Position numbers and translations under genes: made by a program
IMG/VR virus record: IMGVR_UViG_3300029258_001308
Coordinates: 1-64,000 of that record
Strand: one strand, 5' to 3'
Origin: a virus
DNA: 64,000 nucleotides
The notes under the pieces: model-generated
What the model was told of the DNA's origin: nothing
Database searches by the model: none
What the model saw: only the letters and a program-made list of their open reading frames with translations
Shown: positions 19,224 to 27,174 of the stretch, one piece after another
Numbering within the stretch: position 1 is the first letter of the stretch
How the letters are laid out: every line of letters starts with the position of its first letter

Positions 19224-20047
19224 AGTCAGTCCTACTAACGCTGCTGCTACTCCTGGCTTCGGTCCCAGCATGGGCCGAGTACGAGAACATCCGCGTCACC
19301 GTCACGGCGTACTGTCCGTGTCAGAAGTGTTGCGGGAGATGGGCGGACGGGAGGTACGCTACGGGTAGACGGATACGCAAATCAGACTACGCTTTCGCGG
19401 TATCACGTGACCTCAAGCAGTACCTCCCGCTCGACCGCTCGCAGATGCATATCCCCGGATACAACAAGTACCCTGAGCAGAGATCAGTCTGTCGAGACTT
19501 GATGGGTCGACAGGCTTGGCGTCAGATCGACGTGCTCATGACCGTTTGGAAGAACGGCAAGTCCCCGCACCAGCGAGCCTTGGCGTGGGGGAAGAAGACC
19601 CTGACGATACGGGTCAGAAAGGGAGGCATGGCATGGGGAAGTACTGGTTCTTCCACCTCAGAATCCATCGCGGGGGTAGAGTGTTACCTCGTGGCGGCAT
19701 CACCGTCTGTGCTCGAGAGATCGACGGTGGTATGCTTCGAATGGGAGCCGCCCTCTGCTCCGGGTTCGACACCTTCTGCAAGAAGACCGGACGAGAGATC
19801 GCACAGCGAAGAGCAGATGCCGACACCGCCCTCTATGACATCCGTTACACCACCGAGGTCCCGTTCAGCTTCGATCGACACCGGCCTCTCTCGCTCACGG
19901 GGCAGGTTCAGAACGAAGCAGAAATCTGGGCCACCGATCTCTTCGTCGAGAACTCTCGCAAGTCCATCGACATGGCCAAGGCCAACGACATCAAGCGGCC
20001 GAAAGTCCGCTATCGAACTAAGGTCAGGCACGAACTGCGAGATGTGA
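19220..20047 (+). CDS. Secreted 3D (MltA-like) domain protein; domain ends ~19630 and the ORF runs on over the next gene
   Basis: Signal peptide (AWA-E); VTAYCPCQKCCG..ADG; D.MG; IDV; AWG.K.L.I.V. Confidence 0.7.
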   Translation: MKSVLLTLLLLLASVPAWAEYENIRVTVTAYCPCQKCCGRWADGRYATGRRIRKSDYAFAVSRDLKQYLPLDRSQMHIPGYNKYPEQRSVCRDLMGRQAWRQIDVLMTVWKNGKSPHQRALAWGKKTLTIRVRKGGMAWGSTGSSTSESIAGVECYLVAASPSVLERSTVVCFEWEPPSAPGSTPSARRPDERSHSEEQMPTPPSMTSVTPPRSRSASIDTGLSRSRGRFRTKQKSGPPISSSRTLASPSTWPRPTTSSGRKSAIELRSGTNCEM

Positions 20048-20160
20048 GGCGCCAGATCGCCGAGCGTCGTGACGTGACACATGCTGAGCTCCTCGATCGG
20101 ATGCGTGTACTCGAGGACATGCTTGTCCATCGGAAGGGAACGAAGAAGCCGTGCTCCTAG
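19633..20160 (+). CDS. Hypothetical protein
   Basis: GGAGG RBS; GGITV...A.CS..D.FCKK.GR.IA motif seen in phage hypotheticals. Confidence 0.65.
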   Translation: MGKYWFFHLRIHRGGRVLPRGGITVCAREIDGGMLRMGAALCSGFDTFCKKTGREIAQRRADADTALYDIRYTTEVPFSFDRHRPLSLTGQVQNEAEIWATDLFVENSRKSIDMAKANDIKRPKVRYRTKVRHELRDVRRQIAERRDVTHAELLDRMRVLEDMLVHRKGTKKPCS

Positions 20161-20533
20161 TATTCACATCTAAGCGAGGCTCCGTCTACTGCGGGGCACA
20201 GACCGTCGAGCTTTTCGAAGCTCTCCATACCCTGGGCATCGTGTGCCAGGAGGTGGAGAACCTCACTCCGTTCCCGGTATCCGAGGAGCTTCTTGTGGAG
20301 GCAGTGAGTGCGGCATGTCTCCATGACCTAGACTGGAAAGAGTTTCCGTGGCTGTACGACACCGAGACTCGCAAGACAGGAAGAACACTCCATGATCTTG
20401 AGATGGCTATCTGCACCTCGACTGTTTCTAACTCATCTGAAGACGATGCGGAAGGCGAGAGGTCTAACGCGCTTCGGCGCGATCAGGGTAGCACTGAGGC
20501 TGACCCTGAAGTTCATTAGGAGGGGGGATAGAG

Positions 20534-20788
20534 ATGGACAGTAAGCAGCTACTTGTGGAGCGTACGAACGGCCAGCAGATCGAGAAGGCCATCGGCCTTA
20601 CGGTCAGCAAGGAACGTGAGCGGCAGAACCTCACGACAACCGAGCTGGCCAAGAAGGTGGGCATCAGCCAGGCACAGATCAGCCGGCTGGAGAACGGGAA
20701 GCAGGGCTTCCGTTCGTCCACACTGGAGCGGGTAGCACACGCGCTCGGCGTCCAGCTGCTGGTACCGTACGGCCTGGCCACGAGCTAG
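20534..20788 (+). CDS. XRE-family HTH transcriptional regulator
   Basis: LTTTELAKKVGISQAQISRLENGK...LERVAHALGV. Confidence 0.9.
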   Translation: MDSKQLLVERTNGQQIEKAIGLTVSKERERQNLTTTELAKKVGISQAQISRLENGKQGFRSSTLERVAHALGVQLLVPYGLATS

Positions 20789-20892
20789 AGGAGAAGGGGC
20801 GGCGAGAACGAACGGCAGTCGGGAGAGGACGCTTGTCCCGTGACTGATACCGGCCGAATAAGGCGAGGCCGGCTCGCCCCCTAATCCAGGAG

Positions 20893-21267
20893 ATGATCAT
20901 GGCGAAGCGGACCGACGAGTGGAGACCCCGGCACGAGCTGGACGACCAGCCGCCCGATCAGGAGATCATCCACGAGGAGAAGACCTTCTCGAGAGGGCAG
21001 CAGTTCATTCGACAGCTCAACCCTCTGACAGGTGGAGTCGTCAAGTTTGAGGTGCCCGTAAAGATACAGCTTCCATCCGAGACCCATCCCGGTTCGGGGT
21101 ACGTCTACTCCCGGCTGGCCTACATCAAGGCGTCATCCGTGCGGGAGGCGTTCAAGCTTCTCCCTCAGTTCATGGCGAAGGAGGAAGTCATAGCCAAGAA
21201 CGCTCAGAAGAAGGCGGACCACAAGATCATCGATCCAGGGTTCGGCCTGTTCGGGCCGACGCCCTAG
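20893..21267 (+). CDS. Hypothetical protein
   Basis: AGGAG RBS. Confidence 0.6.
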   Translation: MIMAKRTDEWRPRHELDDQPPDQEIIHEEKTFSRGQQFIRQLNPLTGGVVKFEVPVKIQLPSETHPGSGYVYSRLAYIKASSVREAFKLLPQFMAKEEVIAKNAQKKADHKIIDPGFGLFGPTP

Positions 21268-21621
21268 CGGAGTGAACATGGACTACGTACTCGTCGCCCT
21301 ACTAACGGGCCTTCTCTCCTATCTGCTTCACCGCCGGACGGTACGGCTGGAGCGGGAGCAGGCAGCAGAGGAGAAGAAGTGGAGAGCGCTAGGCACGCCT
21401 CTTCGATTCGAGCGGCTTCTCCTGGAGGAGAACCGCATACTCAAGCAGCTGGTAAAGGCATATCAGTCATGGGCTATCTTAGATTCGCGGCGGTGCGATG
21501 GCTGGCGGTAGCAGGCTTAGCCTGCCAGGGTTTGCCATGCCCTGCTCCCTTTCCTCCGGGGACTTCGTCTTCTTCGCCCTGGAGTTTGGACCGTCAGCCT
21601 CGCACCACGCTGGAGAGTAGG

Positions 21622-23046
21622 ATGCGCTGTCACACTCGGCCTCGCGATCATCAACGTGATGCTCTTCGGTTCTGTAAGGGCCGGGACTTCGTCGGTCTTC
21701 TCATGGAGGTAGGAGCCGGGAAGACTTGGGTCGCAGAGAACTGGCTGGTCAACGACGACGACATGCTGCCCGCTCTGGTCCTCTGTCGGAAGGACGACAT
21801 CTGGACGTGGCTCGATCAGGTGAAGGAGCATGCGCCTAACACCCTGGGCAAACCGTTCGTAGCTACCCCACGAAGGCCGCGTCAGCGAGGGAAGCGCAAC
21901 GTCCTGATGCGGCAGCAACTACGGGACAATCCTAACACCCCACTCTGGCTGGCCAATCACGATGCAGCCAAGACACACTACGCTCAGTTCGCTCGAGGCC
22001 CGTGGAAGACCCTCATCATAGACGAGTCGACGGATTGCATCAAGAAGCACAACACCGATCGCACCCGCAAGATCACCAACCTTGGCAAGCGAGTATCCAA
22101 GCGAATGATCATGACGGGGACGCCCATCACCAACAAGCCGGACGACATCTTCTCGCAGCTGAGGTTCCTAAGCCCCACTCTGCTGGGCTCGAACTTCTAC
22201 AAGTTCCGCGAGAGATTCTATTGGCCGGAGCCGTCGGGATACGCCTGGCATCTGCTGAAGCGCAACGAACACAAGCTCACGGAGATCATCAACTCCTGCT
22301 GCTTCCGAGTCCTGCTTGACGAGTGCAGCGATCTACCGAAGCCCATCTACAAGGTCATCCGAGTTCCACAGTCTCCCGAGCAGGCCCGGCTACTGAAGCA
22401 AGTTCGTCTCGAGTATCGCGCACAGTTCGAGGAGCAGGGTGTTCTCCAGACCATCGAGTTGAACTACTCGCTGTCGCAACTTCAGAAGGCGCTGCAGATA
22501 ACCGGCGGCTTCATGTACGTTGATCGACAGCACTCGGTCCACGAGGTCAAGACCTACAAGCCAGACGCACTGGCCGCTCTGCTTCGATCAGAGCTAGCCC
22601 CGGTACCGAAGATCGTGATCTGGTGTTCGTTCGTTCACGAGGTCAGGATCATCTCACGCCTGCTGGACGAGATGGGCATCAAGCACGTCAGACTCTGGAA
22701 GAAGACGAAGGATAGATACAAGCCTCGTCGCCAATTCAGAGACGACCCGAGAGCTCGAATCTTCTTATCACAGGTGGGGTACGGTACGGGGATGAACGAA
22801 CTCATCTGTGCTAACACGGCCGTCTACTATTCCAACTCGCTGAAGCTGAAGGACAGGATTCAATCTCAGGGCCGGACCCGGAGGACCGGTTCGGAGATTC
22901 ACAAGCACATCCTGTACTACGATCTATTGACCCAGGGGGGTTCGGACTTGACGTTGTATCGGCGGCTTCGACAGCATCACAACGTGGCGTCCCGAATCGT
23001 GGACCCCGCCTATGCGTCGGAGATCATTTTCGGTGTGGACATCTAG
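21622..23046 (+). CDS. SNF2-family (SF2) helicase
   Basis: EVGAGKT, IIDES, MTGTPITN, KIVIWC, G.GMN, QSQGRTRR. Confidence 0.9.
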   Translation: MRCHTRPRDHQRDALRFCKGRDFVGLLMEVGAGKTWVAENWLVNDDDMLPALVLCRKDDIWTWLDQVKEHAPNTLGKPFVATPRRPRQRGKRNVLMRQQLRDNPNTPLWLANHDAAKTHYAQFARGPWKTLIIDESTDCIKKHNTDRTRKITNLGKRVSKRMIMTGTPITNKPDDIFSQLRFLSPTLLGSNFYKFRERFYWPEPSGYAWHLLKRNEHKLTEIINSCCFRVLLDECSDLPKPIYKVIRVPQSPEQARLLKQVRLEYRAQFEEQGVLQTIELNYSLSQLQKALQITGGFMYVDRQHSVHEVKTYKPDALAALLRSELAPVPKIVIWCSFVHEVRIISRLLDEMGIKHVRLWKKTKDRYKPRRQFRDDPRARIFLSQVGYGTGMNELICANTAVYYSNSLKLKDRIQSQGRTRRTGSEIHKHILYYDLLTQGGSDLTLYRRLRQHHNVASRIVDPAYASEIIFGVDI

Positions 23047-23064
23047 AGCACAGAGGCATATAAT
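23036..23064 (+). promoter_or_regulatory. Promoter TGGACA-N17-TATAAT
   Basis: Exact match to the recurring consensus. Confidence 0.65.
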
Positions 23065-23946
23065 ATGGCCAGTCGTCGCGGTCTCAGGTTCACCATTTCA
23101 GACCCTGCAACCGGACAGGAATTCGAAGTTGTCGACAAGTATGTGGGAGCCGAGCTTCTTGGGTTCAGTGTCAACTACTTTCTTCACACGGTCGCTCGAG
23201 CCCTGCCAGCCTACGAGGTTCAGGGTCAGCGGAGGAACTTCTGGAAGCTCGAGGCCATCAAGACTTGGAAAGCTGCTCGAGACTCATGGAAGAAACTGAG
23301 ATGCGAGATATGCAAAAGAGAAGAACGCGGCGAGAGCCGAGACTTGTACTACTCGTATCAGCGGCGATCGGACAACTCGTGGTACTCGCTCTGCAAGAAG
23401 TGCCACAAGAGATTCGTCCGACTGTGCACACCCTGGGGCCATCACGAGCTGCCAGGAGAAACGATCGAGGAGAAGCAGACCTGGGGATGGATGCTGCTGG
23501 CCCACTCGATGTCAATGCTCCGTCGCAATCTCGACTTGCTGGAGAGCGGCGAGTGGAAGATGAACTGGAAGAAGAAGCGAGTCCTCATCGTCGAAGAAGA
23601 CAAGCTGCTGCGAGAACTATTGGAAGAGACACTGCGGAGAGAAGGCTGCGTCGTCAACACCAAGGCGTCGTTGACCGCGGGCATCAAGAGGTGGCGACAC
23701 TACAAATGGGATGGGCTCTACACTTCGTATCAACTCGGCAACCGCACAGCCAAGAAGTTGATTCGTCGGGCCCGAAAAGACGGGAGTCTTCCGATCATCA
23801 CCTCGTTGTCAGAGCCGCTTCAGAACGGAGACGTCGAAGAGTTGATCGACCTGGAGGTGAAGGGGATAGACAAGCCCTTCTCATTCGACCAGGTTATTCG
23901 GTACTTCAGGAAAGCATGGCGAGAAGAAGAAGTTAGGAGGCCGTGA
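23065..23946 (+). CDS. HTH/Zn-finger protein with C-terminal atypical receiver (REC) domain
   Basis: N-terminal excisionase-like HTH; CEIC...CKKC; RVLIVEED.LLRELL...DGLYTS...IDKPFSF. Confidence 0.65.
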   Translation: MASRRGLRFTISDPATGQEFEVVDKYVGAELLGFSVNYFLHTVARALPAYEVQGQRRNFWKLEAIKTWKAARDSWKKLRCEICKREERGESRDLYYSYQRRSDNSWYSLCKKCHKRFVRLCTPWGHHELPGETIEEKQTWGWMLLAHSMSMLRRNLDLLESGEWKMNWKKKRVLIVEEDKLLRELLEETLRREGCVVNTKASLTAGIKRWRHYKWDGLYTSYQLGNRTAKKLIRRARKDGSLPIITSLSEPLQNGDVEELIDLEVKGIDKPFSFDQVIRYFRKAWREEEVRRP

Positions 23947-24152
23947 TGTCCCGGGAGCGAGGATTCCTTTCCATCTACTTCAAGGACGAGGGTGTCCTGA
24001 AGGATCTGGACCAGGTCATGAAGGAGAGGCTGCCCGGCCAGTCTGTCAGTTCATTCGTCTGCGGGGTTATGGGTCAGGTGCTTGATCAGATCAAGAGCGC
24101 GCCTGCCAAACGAAAGACGCTCAAGGCTACGGTCCTGATCAAACTGGACTGA
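23943..24152 (+). CDS. Small RHH-like DNA-binding protein
   Basis: Beta-strand FLSIYF, then helix and SVSSFVC helix. Confidence 0.45.
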   Translation: MMSRERGFLSIYFKDEGVLKDLDQVMKERLPGQSVSSFVCGVMGQVLDQIKSAPAKRKTLKATVLIKLD

Positions 24153-24162
24153 AGGAGGAGAG

Positions 24163-25224
24163 ATGGCCAAGCTCAAGGTCAAGAAGCGGAAGAAGAGGGG
24201 CAAGAAGCGGGCGGGTAAGACCAAGCTCATCAGGCTGCCGGAGATCAAGATACCGGATGAGTTCACCCTCTCGCACTCCTCGAAGAAGTGCTTGGGAGGA
24301 TGCCGCAGGAAGTTCCTTCTGCGCTACCTGATGAGGCTTCGCCCGACTCGGGTACAGATTCCGCTCTATATCGGCAGCATCTTCCACGACTGGATAGTCA
24401 AGTTCTACCGAGGCATCGACTACGAGAAGCCGCTCCGGAAGTTCATGAAGGCTGAGGAGAAGAAGGCGTTGGCACAACCTGGTCTCTCGCCTGAGGGCGA
24501 GGAGAAGCTGGTCGTCGGGCTCGCCAACATGGAGGCCATCCTTCTCAACTACCGCGAATACTACGCCAAGGACCTCAAGCATTACAAGGTCATAGGAGGC
24601 GAGGAGGACTTGCAGTTCGAGTTCCCGCTGACCGACCGTGTCAAGATGGGAGGCAAGCCGGACCTCCTTGTCGAGTCCAGAAAGAAGAAGGAGAAGGGCC
24701 GCAAGATTCTCTGGGAGCACAAGACCTCGAGCAAGCTGGACAAGAACTACATCGCTCGACTCCCGCTGGATTCACAGGTCACTACCTACTGCGTGGGCTG
24801 TGAACACTCGGTAGGAATCTCGCCGACCGACGTGATGTACAACGTGGCAAAGAAGACCAAGCTTCGCCGCAGAAAGAAAGAGACCTTCCACGGTTTCGTC
24901 AAGCGGGTGATGGAGGACTACGCGCTCCGACCTGAGTTCTACTACTATCGGGAGCCACTCATCCGCGACCTCTCGAGTCAGGCCGAGTTGATGGCCGAGC
25001 TGCGGGTCATTGCAGCCCAGCTCGAGAGAGACTTCGAACTGAAAGGACAGGAATTGATCCTCGCGTTCTGGAAGAACGACGGGGCCTGTGCTACCTGGTC
25101 GGGTTGCGAATACCTGCCGATCTGTCTGAGAGGCGGGCTCTTCCCGGATATGAAGAGGGACTTCCATGTATCCAAGCATCGCAACCCCGAACTGGCCGGA
25201 GACGAAGAGGGCGAGGACGACTGA
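24163..25224 (+). CDS. PD-(D/E)XK exonuclease (Cas4/RecB-like)
   Basis: LSHS...C.RK, GSIFH, GKPDLL, WEHKT, Q...Y, C-terminal C....CEYLPIC. Confidence 0.85.
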   Translation: MAKLKVKKRKKRGKKRAGKTKLIRLPEIKIPDEFTLSHSSKKCLGGCRRKFLLRYLMRLRPTRVQIPLYIGSIFHDWIVKFYRGIDYEKPLRKFMKAEEKKALAQPGLSPEGEEKLVVGLANMEAILLNYREYYAKDLKHYKVIGGEEDLQFEFPLTDRVKMGGKPDLLVESRKKKEKGRKILWEHKTSSKLDKNYIARLPLDSQVTTYCVGCEHSVGISPTDVMYNVAKKTKLRRRKKETFHGFVKRVMEDYALRPEFYYYREPLIRDLSSQAELMAELRVIAAQLERDFELKGQELILAFWKNDGACATWSGCEYLPICLRGGLFPDMKRDFHVSKHRNPELAGDEEGEDD

Positions 25225-25255
25225 TCCCGCTCCCTAACGATTGGAGGTGAGGAGC

Positions 25256-26047
25256 ATGTCTGTGGAGCATCTGCCGAAGAAGAAGAGGAAGGTTAGCTTC
25301 AACCTGTCGGACCATATCATCCTCGTCTATGGTCCGCCGGGGGTGGGCAAGACAACGTGGGCGTCGAGATTCCCCGACGCTTTGTTCCTGGCGACTGAGG
25401 ACGGGCAGCGCGCGGTCGAGTGCTACCATGTCGAGGTCAACGACTGGAAGGACTTTGTCGCCGCGACTAAGCTGATAAGAGGAAAGGAGGGCAAGCGGTT
25501 CCGCACCATCATCATCGACATCGTGGACAACCTCTACAAGTTTGCTCAGGACGCGGCCTGTGCAAAGCTTGGCATCGAGCACCCGGCTGACGAGGACTGG
25601 GGCAAGGGCTGGGAGGCAACGCGCGATCTGTTCAAGAAGGGAATCTCCGCGCTCACCTCGACAGGCAAGGGCCTGATACTGATCTCGCACTCGATGGAAC
25701 GCGAGGTCAAGACCCGCGCACTCTCGATCACCAAGACCATGCCGTCCTTCTCGCGAGGAGCGGCCAAGGTCATCGAGCCCATGGCCGGCATCATCGTCTA
25801 TGCCGGGTTCAAGTGGGTGAAGAACAAGAAGACGGACGAGAAGGAGGAGAAGCGTTACGCGATCGTCAAGCCACAGGAATCGCTAGAGGCCAAGGACAGA
25901 ACGGGCCGGCTGCCCACTGCCCTGCCTCTGGACGGAGATCTCTTTCAGGAAGTGTTCGAGAAAGGAGGTACCGGGAAGAAAAAGAAAGGCTCGAAGTCGC
26001 GAGCCAAGAAGAAGAAGAAGAGTGGCGGTCTGCGTATTGGCCGCTAG
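25256..26047 (+). CDS. AAA_24 / Sak4-like NTPase (recombination)
   Basis: YGPPGVGKTT, TIIID, LISH, AKDR. Confidence 0.85.
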   Translation: MSVEHLPKKKRKVSFNLSDHIILVYGPPGVGKTTWASRFPDALFLATEDGQRAVECYHVEVNDWKDFVAATKLIRGKEGKRFRTIIIDIVDNLYKFAQDAACAKLGIEHPADEDWGKGWEATRDLFKKGISALTSTGKGLILISHSMEREVKTRALSITKTMPSFSRGAAKVIEPMAGIIVYAGFKWVKNKKTDEKEEKRYAIVKPQESLEAKDRTGRLPTALPLDGDLFQEVFEKGGTGKKKKGSKSRAKKKKKSGGLRIGR

Positions 26048-26080
26048 GGTTCGAGGTCAACTGGGAAGGAGTTAGTAGCA

Positions 26081-27115
26081 ATGGCTAAGAAGAAAGCCAA
26101 GAAGAAGGGCAGCAAGAAGTCGGCCAAGAAGAGCAGCAAGAAGGCGCCGACTTCCAAGAAAAAGAAGAAGGGCAAGAAGAAGGGCAGCAAGAAGTCGAGC
26201 GGCGGGGACATCGAGGACGAACTCGCCGAACTCGAGGACCAGTGGGACGATGCCGAGGAGATGGAGTTCGGCGACGTCCCCGACGGGCGCTACCAGGCCT
26301 CGGTTACCGGGGTCGAGGTCGCGCACTCCAAGTCGTCCGGCCGTCTCCAGATCAACGTCGAGTTCACCATTCTCTCTGGCGAGTTCCGCAACCGGAAGCT
26401 CTTCGAGCACTGGGGACTCGACACTCCGGAGGGCATCTCCTGGGCCAAGACGTATCTCGCCAGGATGGGCCTGACGTGCTCGATGAAGGAGCTGGCCGAC
26501 AAGCTCGAGGAGCTGAAGGGTACGGCTGTCGAGGTCAACGTCAAGACCAAGGGCGATTTCCAGAACGTCCGTCCCACCAAGGAGATCGAGGCGCCCGAGG
26601 AAGGTGCCGCGGCTCCGGACGTCTCTGACTTCGATCCGGATGACGGGGACGACGACGGAGACGAGGACGGAGACGAGGACGTCGAGCTCAAGAAGGGCAT
26701 GATGGTCAAGTTCGACGACGACGGTGAGGAAGTCGTCGGCAAGATCACCAAGCTCAACGAGAAGGACGAGACGGTCAACATCGAGACGGACGACGCGAAG
26801 TACAAGGACGTCGATGTCTCCGAGCTCTCGCTCGCCGAGGATGAGGATGGCGACGAGGACGGGGACGACGACGATGACGGAGACGGCGACGACGACGGAG
26901 ATGACGACGACGGCGACGATGACAGCGACGGAGATGACGACGACGATGACGCCGGCTTCGAGAAGGGTGACGAGGTCACCTGGGGCAAGGGCAAGAAGAA
27001 GAAGACCGGCAAGATCGTGTCAGTCGACGAGGAGGAAGAGGAAGCCGTCGTCAAGGTGGGTAAGAAGAAGCACACGGTTTCCTTCGACAAGCTCGACTAC
27101 GTCGAGGAAGACTAG
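26081..27115 (+). CDS. DUF669-family ssDNA-binding protein with acidic linkers and two SH3/Tudor-like C-terminal domains
   Basis: VPDGRYQASV...SKSSG...EF.I..GEF.NRKLF; follows Sak4-like gene. Confidence 0.75.
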   Translation: MAKKKAKKKGSKKSAKKSSKKAPTSKKKKKGKKKGSKKSSGGDIEDELAELEDQWDDAEEMEFGDVPDGRYQASVTGVEVAHSKSSGRLQINVEFTILSGEFRNRKLFEHWGLDTPEGISWAKTYLARMGLTCSMKELADKLEELKGTAVEVNVKTKGDFQNVRPTKEIEAPEEGAAAPDVSDFDPDDGDDDGDEDGDEDVELKKGMMVKFDDDGEEVVGKITKLNEKDETVNIETDDAKYKDVDVSELSLAEDEDGDEDGDDDDDGDGDDDGDDDDGDDDSDGDDDDDDAGFEKGDEVTWGKGKKKKTGKIVSVDEEEEEAVVKVGKKKHTVSFDKLDYVEED

Positions 27116-27128
27116 CAGCCAGACCATC

Positions 27129-27168
27129 GTGAAGGCGGGGAGCTCATCCCTCCCCGCCTTCACTTCTA
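27129..27168 (+). terminator. Hairpin, probable intrinsic terminator or attenuator
   Basis: 14-bp stem GTGAAGGCGGGGAG/CTCCCCGCCTTCAC followed by TTCTA. Confidence 0.7.
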
Positions 27169-27174
27169 TATAGA

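Noticed and set aside
26640-26950. GAC/GAT trinucleotide repeats
   Set aside because: Explained by the Asp/Gly-rich coding linker of the SSB.
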